A stretch of 64,000 bases of DNA, taken from positions 11,477-75,476 of the forward strand of contig JANRJY010000006.1 in assembly GCA_033763735.1 (NCBI GenBank). Reading direction: 5' to 3'. The notes beneath the pieces were generated by a model. The model worked only from the letters and a program-made list of their open reading frames with translations, did no database searches and was not told the origin of the DNA. Both the position numbers and the translations under genes were made by a program. Shown here one piece after another: positions 1 to 8,800 of this stretch. Every line of letters begins with the position of its first letter. Positions within the stretch are counted from its first letter, which is position 1. Source of the DNA: Bacteroidota bacterium. Lineage in GTDB: Bacteria; Bacteroidota; Bacteroidia; Cytophagales; UBA9547.

Positions 1-2
1 CC

Positions 3-1349
3 ATCGGTGGCATACCGGGAGAATCACTTTCTCCTTTAGATATCGTTCGATTTACGGCTGCATTTGGCACATGGATTAAACAAAATTCCGGAATAAAGAA
101 AGTAGTAATAGGAAGAGATGCCAGACCCTCAGGCAAAATGGTTTCTGATATCGTTACTTCCACATTATGTGGCTTGGGAATTGACGTTGTCGATTTGGGA
201 TTGAGTACCACACCTACCGTAGAGATGGCAGTTACTGAAGAAAAAGCAGGAGGCGGCATCATCATTACTGCAAGTCATAATCCTGTTCAATGGAATGCAC
301 TCAAACTCTTGAATCAGAAAGGGGAATTCATTTCCGCTGCTGATGGCAAAACAGTATTGGAAATTGCTCAAAATGATGCATATTCATTTGAAGAAGTAAG
401 CAAATTAGGCAAAGTACGAGAAGACAATACATATATCCGCAAACACATTGATGCCATTTTGAAATTACCTTTGGTCAATAAACAATTGATTACTTCTGCT
501 AATTTTTCAATAGCTATAGATTGTGTTAATTCAACAGGTGGAATAGCTATTCCAATGTTGCTCGAAGCTTTGGGAGTCCGCAAAATTACCAAAATTTATT
601 GCGAACCGGACGGACATTTTCCTCATAATCCTGAGCCATTGCCCGAAAATTTAGGATTTATTTCAGCTGAAATAGAAAATGGAGACTTTGACCTAGGAAT
701 AGTAGTTGACCCTGATGTAGACAGGCTATGTTTTGTATGTGAAGATGGTACTATGTTTGGTGAAGAATATACACTGGTTTCCATTTCGGATTATGTATTG
801 TCGCAAACTCCCGGAAACACAGTTTCTAATCTTTCTTCAACACGCGCATTGAGAGATGTGACCGAAAAAAGAGGAGGCAAATATGCTGCAGCTGCTGTTG
901 GTGAAGTCAATGTCGTAACCAAAATGAAAGAAATCAATGCCATTATTGGGGGTGAAGGAAATGGTGGTATTATTTATCCTGAACTGCATTATGGAAGGGA
1001 TGCTTTAGTAGGTATTGCATTGTTTTTGACTCACTTAGCTCAAACCGGCAAACCAATTTCATTTATTAAAGCTGCTTTACCTCATTATCATATTTCTAAA
1101 AATAAAATAGAACTTAACCCCGATATAGATGTTAAAAAGGTACTTGAAGGGATGAAACTAAAATATAAAAATCATCCTATCGATACAGAAGATGGTGTTA
1201 AAATTGAATTTGATAAAGAATGGGTACATTTGCGTAGTTCTAATACAGAACCTATAATAAGGATATATGCGGAATCCGAAACCATGGCAACTGCTGATTT
1301 TCTGGCTCAAAAGATAATATCTGATATCAAAGAAATTATTAATCATTAA
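3..1349 (+). CDS. glmM: Phosphohexomutase, phosphoglucosamine-mutase-like (5' end cut by window edge)
   Basis: The frame is open from nt 3 with no start in the window. Contains the active-site loop GGIIITASHNP, the metal loop DPDVDR, GEGNGG, and the C-terminal RSSNTEP phosphate loop. The ~450-aa size class differs from the 576-aa paralog at 17284. Confidence 0.65.
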   Translation: MGGIPGESLSPLDIVRFTAAFGTWIKQNSGIKKVVIGRDARPSGKMVSDIVTSTLCGLGIDVVDLGLSTTPTVEMAVTEEKAGGGIIITASHNPVQWNALKLLNQKGEFISAADGKTVLEIAQNDAYSFEEVSKLGKVREDNTYIRKHIDAILKLPLVNKQLITSANFSIAIDCVNSTGGIAIPMLLEALGVRKITKIYCEPDGHFPHNPEPLPENLGFISAEIENGDFDLGIVVDPDVDRLCFVCEDGTMFGEEYTLVSISDYVLSQTPGNTVSNLSSTRALRDVTEKRGGKYAAAAVGEVNVVTKMKEINAIIGGEGNGGIIYPELHYGRDALVGIALFLTHLAQTGKPISFIKAALPHYHISKNKIELNPDIDVKKVLEGMKLKYKNHPIDTEDGVKIEFDKEWVHLRSSNTEPIIRIYAESETMATADFLAQKIISDIKEIINH

Positions 1350-1352
1350 ATA

Positions 1353-2234
1353 ATGAAATTACATTTTTGGTTTTCTTCTGTTCAACATTTTCACAAAACA
1401 CCTACACTGCTTAAATTAACCTCAGCAAGTATAGTTGTAGCATATTATGTATTGGCCATCATTTTAGTAGAAGATTACTATCACATCAATTTCAAACCTA
1501 ATCCAACCATATTTTCATTGATGGGTTTGGTTCTTGGGTTATTATTGGTATTCCGAACCAATACAGCTTACGACCGATGGTGGGAAGGACGCAGAATGTT
1601 GGGTGAGCTAACCAATCAAACCAGAGCCCTTGCTATGAAACTGAATGCATTTTTGCCAAATGAAGATTATGAAAATCGTCATTATTTTGCTACAATGATA
1701 GGCAACTATGGCATAGCCATGAAAGAACACCTTCGTAAAGGAGTGAAATTTGAAGAGCTTGAAATGGACGATCATCATGAACTGGAAGTGCTTCAAAAGT
1801 CAATTCATGTTCCTAACAAGATTGCCTCACTAATTTATATGAAAATCAACAATTTATACAAGAACAAAAAATTCACAGAAGAACAGTTTTTAGTCATTGA
1901 CCGTCAAATGACCGTTTTCACAGATGTTGTAGGTGCTTGTGAAAGAATTAAAAACACACCCATTCCATTTGCATATACCATTCACCTTAAAAAATTCATA
2001 TTTTTTTACATACTTATTCTGCCTTTTGCATTGATTTACGACTTGCATTACTGGTCCATAATATTGATGGTCATTATATTTTATGCTTTTACTGGCTTAG
2101 AAGTAATTGGAGAAGAAATTGAGGACCCATTTGGTAAAGATATGAATGACCTCCCTACCGATAGTATTAGTATCAACATCAAAAAGAATATTTTCGACAT
2201 CCTTTTAACTTTTCCTCAACTTCAAAAACCATGA
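1353..2234 (+). CDS. Bestrophin/YneE (UPF0187) family membrane channel protein
   Basis: Has the FRTNTAYDRWWEGR motif and hydrophobic helices typical of bacterial bestrophin homologues. ATG start lies 3 nt after the upstream stop. Confidence 0.7.
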   Translation: MKLHFWFSSVQHFHKTPTLLKLTSASIVVAYYVLAIILVEDYYHINFKPNPTIFSLMGLVLGLLLVFRTNTAYDRWWEGRRMLGELTNQTRALAMKLNAFLPNEDYENRHYFATMIGNYGIAMKEHLRKGVKFEELEMDDHHELEVLQKSIHVPNKIASLIYMKINNLYKNKKFTEEQFLVIDRQMTVFTDVVGACERIKNTPIPFAYTIHLKKFIFFYILILPFALIYDLHYWSIILMVIIFYAFTGLEVIGEEIEDPFGKDMNDLPTDSISINIKKNIFDILLTFPQLQKP

Positions 2235-4501
2235 AAACCAGCATATTCTTTTGTATATTTCTTAACTTACTAGTAATCAATATCTTATTCGGAGGAGATC
2301 CCATTTCTTCAAAAGTTGAAATGTACAAAGGACGCCCTACGATATTTATCAATGGTAAAGCCGAATTGCCTATTATTTATGCGCTTACCGATGTACCAGG
2401 GGGCAGATGGAGTTGGGAAGAAATTCCTCAGGCAAACATTAAGTTGTATTGTGAAACAGGTGTAAAAATATTTCAGGTTGATGTATTTCTGCAACATATT
2501 TGGAAGGAAGATGGAACCATGGATTACTCTATTCCCCTAAAACAAATCAGAGGAATAACAGAAGTTTGTCCAAACGCCAATGTAATGTTTCGTTTTCATG
2601 TAAATGCACCTCCTTTTTGGTTTGACAAAAATCCTGATGAGGCAGTAGTGTATGATTCACTTGGCACTCCATATTATAGCCCAAATGTAAAATATGGAGT
2701 GGTTCAAAGATTGTTGGATGGTGATGCAAGAGCCACAAAACGAGTTTCTTTGGCATCAGAAAAATGGAAAACTGAAATATCAGCCAAAGTCAACCAATTT
2801 TTAAGAGAGTTTTCAAAATATCCGGAAGCTAACCATTTGGCTATCATTCAGATAGCCTGTGGTGTGTATGGCGAATGGCACTATTGGGGCTTCAATGGTC
2901 GCGACCCTGATTTAAGTCAGGCAATGAACGATAAATTCAGAGAATTTGCGCTCAAAAAATATGTAACAGATGCTTCACTGAAAAAAGCCTGGAATGACAA
3001 AAACATCACCTTTAATACCATTCAAGTACCTAATTCAACAGAAAGAGCTGTGACCGGTGATTATGTGTTCAGAAACCCTATGACTGATCGCAAAGTGATT
3101 GATTACTATGAATGCCAGCACAATGTGGTGGCTGATGATATTATTCATTTCAACAAATTAGTAAAAGAAAATTGGCCTCGACCCATCATAACCGGCTCAT
3201 TTTATGGGTATTATTTTTCCGTGTTTCATAGGCAGGCAGCCGGAGGACATTTGGCGGTTCAAAAAATACTCAAATCGCCTTATGTCGATTTTTTGAGCGG
3301 ACCTCAAGTGTATTACCCTGATACCAAAGATGGCGGACAACCCTATAGAAGTCGTAGTTTAATCACCAGTATGCGATTAAATGGCAAATTATGGCTCGAT
3401 GAATATGATCAACAACCGGTTAGAGTATTTCCGTTTGCTGATGGCACGAGAGATAATAGGGTCAAATTTGACTCCGTTATGCACAACAATCGTTCGGAGT
3501 TTGTTCGCAGCCTCATGAGCACCCATGCCAAAGGAATGGGCTATTGGTTATATGACTTTGGGCCGGGAACACAAGTAGTAGAAAGCCGCTCGGAATATTC
3601 CACACAAGCGGGAAATAATAATGGATGGTGGGAACATCCTGCTTTTTCAGAAGCCATGCGAACCATTATTGGCATCAACCGCAAAATGCAAGAAACAGAG
3701 TATGAATCGGATGCGGATGTGCTAATGGTATTTGATACAGACGCATTTTATTACCTTAGAAGTGTCAATGGTGGCGACCCTGTAACCCATCCCCTACTCG
3801 ACTGGACAACGCTTGCAACCTACTACTCCAGTGTGGTGTTTGATCCCATTCACATTGATGACCTTGAAAAAGTAAACCCTGCTAAGTACAAAGCCATTGT
3901 GTTCGTAAATACATTCTTAATGAGCGAAGGCAAACGCAAATATATCACTGAGCAATTGGCACAAAATGGAAGGAATTTAATCTTCTTTTATGCACCCGGA
4001 TATACTGATGGAACCGTTAATAACCTCAAATATATGAATGAAGTTACCGGAATGGAATTTGAAAAGGCAATGAACATTACCCCAAACATTACCCCAAAAA
4101 ATGAATTCGAGAAATTTGGCGAGCTGGGTCCATGGGGTAAATGTGAAAACATATTTCATGTCACTGACAAAAAAGCGATAACACTTGGTGTGTACAAAGG
4201 CTCCAACAAAGTGGGCATAGCTAAGAAAAAACTAGCCAATGCAACCTCCTGGTACATAGGCATGCCGGTGATGGATTATAAAATTATGCAAGAAGTGTAC
4301 AAGCAATCGGGCTGCACGATGTACTCAACTGAAAAAGATATTATTTACTCCGGTTCCGGATTTACAGTGTTCCACACTGGCAAAGGAGGCAAAAAAAGCA
4401 TCAAAATACCCGGAGGTAAAACCATTGAAATTAACCTACCAACTAACAAACAAGCTACAGTTGTATTGGATAGCAAGACTGGGGAAGTGCTGTATAAATA
4501 A
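2231..4501 (+). CDS. Secreted glycoside-hydrolase-like protein (GH42/beta-galactosidase-like layout)
   Basis: N-terminal signal-like segment MKTSIFFCIFLNLLVINILFGG. A TIM-barrel-like N-terminal half is followed by a segment (ADVLMVFDTD...KYKAIVFVNTFLM...GRNLIFFYAPGY) resembling the GH42 middle domain. The ATGA overlap with the bestrophin gene suggests co-transcription. Family assignment is tentative. Confidence 0.4.
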   Translation: MKTSIFFCIFLNLLVINILFGGDPISSKVEMYKGRPTIFINGKAELPIIYALTDVPGGRWSWEEIPQANIKLYCETGVKIFQVDVFLQHIWKEDGTMDYSIPLKQIRGITEVCPNANVMFRFHVNAPPFWFDKNPDEAVVYDSLGTPYYSPNVKYGVVQRLLDGDARATKRVSLASEKWKTEISAKVNQFLREFSKYPEANHLAIIQIACGVYGEWHYWGFNGRDPDLSQAMNDKFREFALKKYVTDASLKKAWNDKNITFNTIQVPNSTERAVTGDYVFRNPMTDRKVIDYYECQHNVVADDIIHFNKLVKENWPRPIITGSFYGYYFSVFHRQAAGGHLAVQKILKSPYVDFLSGPQVYYPDTKDGGQPYRSRSLITSMRLNGKLWLDEYDQQPVRVFPFADGTRDNRVKFDSVMHNNRSEFVRSLMSTHAKGMGYWLYDFGPGTQVVESRSEYSTQAGNNNGWWEHPAFSEAMRTIIGINRKMQETEYESDADVLMVFDTDAFYYLRSVNGGDPVTHPLLDWTTLATYYSSVVFDPIHIDDLEKVNPAKYKAIVFVNTFLMSEGKRKYITEQLAQNGRNLIFFYAPGYTDGTVNNLKYMNEVTGMEFEKAMNITPNITPKNEFEKFGELGPWGKCENIFHVTDKKAITLGVYKGSNKVGIAKKKLANATSWYIGMPVMDYKIMQEVYKQSGCTMYSTEKDIIYSGSGFTVFHTGKGGKKSIKIPGGKTIEINLPTNKQATVVLDSKTGEVLYK

Positions 4502-4592
4502 GGTGTTGACGTTTTGAGGTAATCCGCCCTTGTTGCGTGTTTTTCACCAACAAGCCTTCATACTTTGATTACAATATTTTAATTTATATTTG
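4499..4592 (+). repeat. Intergenic repeat copy A (hairpin plus promoter-like box)
   Basis: Starts at the stop codon (TAAGGTGTTGACGTT...). Contains the hairpin CTTGTTG-N12-CAACAAG and ends in TATATTTG (TAnnTTTG, 4585-4592). About 90% identical over ~75 nt to copy B at 4917-5024. Confidence 0.7.
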
Positions 4593-4664
4593 GTTAGCAA
4601 ATTAATTGTATGTGGGTTAAATTAAAAGAAATGAGGAAAAATCTAACAATTAGAATAAGTAGCT

Positions 4665-4919
4665 ATGCTTCATTTAGTAAAAAAAATAAATAAAATTGAG
4701 CCATATAAACTAGAACTTTTATTTAATACAGGTGAAATAAAAACTGTTGATTTTTATCAAAGTCTTAATGAATGGTCAAACGCTTCACCTTCAAAATTTG
4801 GTCAATTATTAGTACCGGAATATTTCAAAACTGTTAACTTAGATCCTGAACTTGAAACCATTTATTGGGATAATGGAATTGATTTTTGTCCTGATAATTT
4901 GTATAAATGGGGCGAATAA
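4665..4919 (+). CDS. DUF2442-like small protein
   Basis: 84 aa. The N-terminal pattern (IEPYKLELLFNTGEIKTVDF) resembles DUF2442 family proteins. The gene is flanked by repeat copies A and B. Confidence 0.45.
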   Translation: MLHLVKKINKIEPYKLELLFNTGEIKTVDFYQSLNEWSNASPSKFGQLLVPEYFKTVNLDPELETIYWDNGIDFCPDNLYKWGE

Positions 4920-5024
4920 GGTGCTGACGTTGCGATGTTTAGACGTGTTGATGTAATTCGCCCTTGTTGCGTGTTTTCGCCAACAAGCATACATACCTTG
5001 ATTACAATATTTACTTTATTTTTG
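4917..5024 (+). repeat. Intergenic repeat copy B
   Basis: Also starts at the stop codon (TAAGGTGCTGACGTT...). Hairpin CTTGTTGCG-TGTTTT-CGC(C)AACAAG; ends in TATTTTTG (5017-5024). Has an internal ~20-nt expansion relative to copy A. Confidence 0.7.
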
Positions 5025-5115
5025 AGTAATCTTAATTCATAGCCATAAAGTATCTATGCAATATTTGGCAAATTAACTTATATTTGCACTTACTATTTTA
5101 CTTATATTCACACTT

Positions 5116-5358
5116 ATGAAATCACTTGCATTTACAAGTACATTATCGCCAAATACAATAGCTTTTATAACGGAATATGCTAAAACAACTTCCAGAAATA
5201 AAAATGAAGTAATAGAAGAAGCCATTGAACTACTTCAGATAGAGTTAAAAAAGAAAAATATGACGGAAGGCTTTAAAAGAATGAATAAGGATATTGAAAT
5301 GACAAAACTCGCGGAATTGGGCATGGAAGAATATTCCAATTCATTGAAAAATCAATAA
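5116..5358 (+). CDS. Antitoxin (ribbon-helix-helix-like) of a MazF/PemK pair
   Basis: 80-aa ORF ending 1 nt before the toxin start. The call rests on small size, charged C-terminus and position; the fold is not proven. Confidence 0.55.
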   Translation: MKSLAFTSTLSPNTIAFITEYAKTTSRNKNEVIEEAIELLQIELKKKNMTEGFKRMNKDIEMTKLAELGMEEYSNSLKNQ

Positions 5359-5359
5359 A

Positions 5360-5692
5360 ATGATTCAGGGGGATATTTATGAAGCTTATTTGAATCCTAC
5401 AAAAGGAAATGAGCTGGATGGTATGCGACCAGTAGTAATTATATCAGGTGAAAGCATGAATAATTATACTAATTTGAGGATTATTTGCCCACTTACCAGC
5501 AAAGTAAAGAAGTACCCCGGAGGCGTAATATTGAAACCAACCACAGAAAATGGTTTAACTGAAACTTCAGAAATACTAGTTTCTCAAATTAGAACCATAT
5601 CCACAGCAATATTTATAAAAAAAATAGGAACAATTCAATCAACTGAAATTAAAGAAATTTTGGAAGGATTGAATGATATACTTACCCTTTAA
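5360..5692 (+). CDS. Type II toxin, PemK/MazF family endoribonuclease
   Basis: GDIYEAYLNPTKGNELDGMRPVVIIS ... ICPLTS matches the conserved PemK/MazF N-terminal and core pattern. 110 aa. Confidence 0.85.
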   Translation: MIQGDIYEAYLNPTKGNELDGMRPVVIISGESMNNYTNLRIICPLTSKVKKYPGGVILKPTTENGLTETSEILVSQIRTISTAIFIKKIGTIQSTEIKEILEGLNDILTL

Positions 5693-5835
5693 GAATAATT
5701 AGATTACACCCCCAATACAAATAAATGGAGGGTATATTTTTTATTTTACACCTTTATTTATATTTTTGGTAAACCTTTTTGGATTTAATACTTATGAATA
5801 GTTATTAGATAAAACACAATATAAATTAAGATACG

Positions 5836-8800
5836 ATGAGAAAAATATATTTCCCATTTTCATATTTTGATCAAAAACTGATTTTTTCATTTTTCTTCAT
5901 ATTGTTTCAATTCACAATTTCGTGGGCACAAACTGTTGTAAGTTCAGGGATTACATGCACGCCTAACCCTTATATTTTGACCGCTAATGGTAGTATTACG
6001 CTTACAGGTACCTTTTTACCACTTGGGAGTACAAATACTGCCACCGGAATATGGGCAACCACACTTAATGGTATAGCCACTTTTAACAACAGCACAGGAG
6101 TGCTTACAGCCAATAATACTGGTAACGGTGTTGTTTATCTTAGATGGAGTTATGGTACAGGCATACCAGCCATATTGCCTGTTTATATTTTTAACAATGA
6201 TACTTCCCCATGTACTCAGGCAGGTGAAATAGACAGAACAGTAAATCCAGCAGACATTCCATATGGCACTGGGGCAAATGATGTTATTTTCACCATTGCT
6301 CCTCAGTCTAATGGGAAGGTTCTCATTGGGGGGGGCTTTTCAGTCTATAATGGAATCACACGTAATTGCATCGCACGGCTTAACGAAGATGGGAGCTTAG
6401 ACGGTACCTTCAACCCTGGTTTAGGTGCCTCCGGGAGTGTTCCTTCTGTAGTGTATGTAGTTGTTATGCAGTCTGATGGAAAAATATTAATTGGAGGAAA
6501 TTTTACAAATTATAATGGAAGACCTCGGAAATGTATAGCAAGACTTAACGCAGATGGAAGCCTTGATAGCACTTTCAAGGTTGGATCAGGCACAAATGAT
6601 GTGGTTTATACTCTTGCATTACAATCTGACGGAAAAGTTCTTATGGGCGGGAAATTTACCACATACAACGGAACAACATGTAACAGAATTGTACGACTAA
6701 TGGGAGATGGTACATTAGACACTTTATTTAAATCCGGTAATGGTGCAAATGGGGATGTTCATGCAATTGTGCTACAGCCAGATGGAAAGGTATACATTGG
6801 AGGAAACTTTACCATTTACTTCAACTCAAATCGAAATCGCATTGCGAGATTAAACACAGATGGAAGTTTAGACACTTTGTTTAAATCTAGTAATGGCACT
6901 AATGGGAAAATACGAGCCATTGCTATACAGCAAGATGGAAAGGTACTCATTGGTGGAGACTTTAACAATTACAACAGTTCAGATCGAAATCACATTGCGA
7001 GATTAAACACAGATGGTAGTTTAGATGCAACCTTCATTCCTGGCACTGCCGCAAATAATTTAATTTTAACTCTTTCCCTGCAAACTGACGGTAAAGTGCT
7101 AATTGGTGGAGTTTTCACAAGCTATAACGGTTCGGATATGAATCGGATTGCAAGGTTGAAGTCAAATGGTAGTTTAGATAGCATTTTTAACCCTGGTATA
7201 GGAGCAGATAATTATGTAGATGCTCTTGCAATTCAGGCAGATGGCAAAATATTAATTGGGGGATCGTTTTCAAATTATAACTCAATTGCTCGCAATCGTG
7301 TAACTAGAATAAATACCAACGGAAGTTTAGACGCTTTTTTCAACCCCAACACTGGAGCTAATAACTATGTTTTTACACTTGACATACAACCGGATGAAAA
7401 GATACTAATAGGAGGATACTTTACCTCGGTTAGTGGCACATCCCGTAACAGAATTGCAAGACTAAATAAGAATGGTAGCAATGACACAACTTTTAACCCC
7501 GGAAAGGGCATACAATATGGATCAATTTGGGCTGTAAAACACCAGCTTGACGGGAAGATATTGATTGGTGGTAATTTTACTATTTACAACGGTGTGTTAC
7601 GTAATTACATTGCAAGACTAGAACATGATGGGAGCATAGATTCTAGCTTCAACCTAGGCTTAGGTCCTAATAGCATAATTTATGATATTGCTATTCAGCC
7701 CGATGGAAAAATCATAGTTGGGGGAGCGTTTAGCAGTTATAATGGCATAAACTGCAGTGCTATTGCACGTTTGAATTCTGATGGTACATTGGATAACACC
7801 TTCATCAAAGGAATAATTGTAAATGGTCGAATTAATTCTATTGCCATTCAAAATGATGGTAAAATCCTCATAGGAGGACCATTTTACACTTACCAAGGTA
7901 TTTTAAGTAAACAAATTGCCCGATTGAATTTAGATGGCAGTTTGGATATCAGTTTCAATCCAGGCACTGGAGCGGATTGGACGGTCGAATCCTTAGCACT
8001 TCAGTCGGACGGTAAGGTACTAATCGGAGGGTGGTTTGAAAGCTATAATGGAATCCCTAAGAACCGCTTAGTTAGGTTGAATTCAAATGGAAGTTTAGAT
8101 AGTACTTTTAACCTTGGCACAGGACCTGATAGAGCAGTCAAAGCTATTGCAGTACAACAAGATGGGAAAATATTAATTGGTGGAGAGTTTGATAATTACA
8201 ATTCAATAACCTGCAATCACATTACTCGTTTGAATAAGGATGGTACATTCGATATTTCCTTTAAATCAGGAACTGGAACAAATAATTATGTAAATGATAT
8301 TGCTCTGCAATCGAATGGTAAGGCTTGGTTAGCCGGAGATTTCACTTCCTACAACCAAACTGGTGTAAATTACGTTTCGTGCATTTTAGGTTCAGGTTCT
8401 GGGACAATCACTAAGGTTCAACCTGATATGGCATCTATTAATGATACAATTAGTATCATAGGGAATAATTTGAGCAACGTATCTAGTGTCCTTTTCCCTG
8501 GGAATATTAATGCTCAATACTTCATTCAGAGCGATTATCTAATTACCACTACTATTCCATTAGGAGCTACAACTGGTTTGCTAACTCTTTCAGGAAGTTG
8601 TGGTACTTTTACTTGTTCCAATTTTTTCAAAATAGGTCTTCCCCAAACTATCAATGGTTTTAGTACTATTATTGGACAAACATTTAGCAGTGCGCCATAT
8701 ACCATATCAGGTGTGTCGGCCAGTTCAGGATTAACTGTTACATTTTCAGGCAATAACTTGGCTGTGGCTTCGGTTTTAGCCAATGGAGTAATTTCTATTT

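Noticed and set aside
165-592. Two short minus-strand ORFs (68 and 74 aa) inside the glmM-like gene
   Set aside because: They are antisense shadow ORFs within a gene that has clear family motifs. The same reasoning applies to the other short antisense ORFs in the track. These are 1158-1346, 1608-1796, 2309-2756, 3977-4159, 7660-7896, 8535-9101, 9993-10256, 10946-11128, 11481-11877, 12759-13055 and 13359-13993. They also include 18018-18237, 21008-29486 (several), 31111-41201 (several), 44456-44668, 48750-48944, 50186-50773 and 53361-62816 (several).
4610-4693. 27-codon ORF (MWVKLKEMRKNLTIRISSYASFSKKNK) upstream of and overlapping the DUF2442 start, considered as a remnant DUF4160 partner
   Set aside because: It has no resemblance to the DUF4160 N-terminal pattern I recall, and it is too short to support.
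4499-5024. Integron attC / gene-cassette interpretation of the repeats flanking the DUF2442 gene
   Set aside because: No intI-like integrase is present in the window. I could not find proper RYYYAAC / GTTRRRY core sites in the hairpin (CACCAAC and GTTGCGT do not fit). I report it only as a repeat-flanked unit.
5693-5835. Possible terminator hairpin after the MazF gene (ACACCCCC...GGAGGGT followed by a T-run)
   Set aside because: The stem is short and imperfect, and I could not convince myself of stable pairing by eye.
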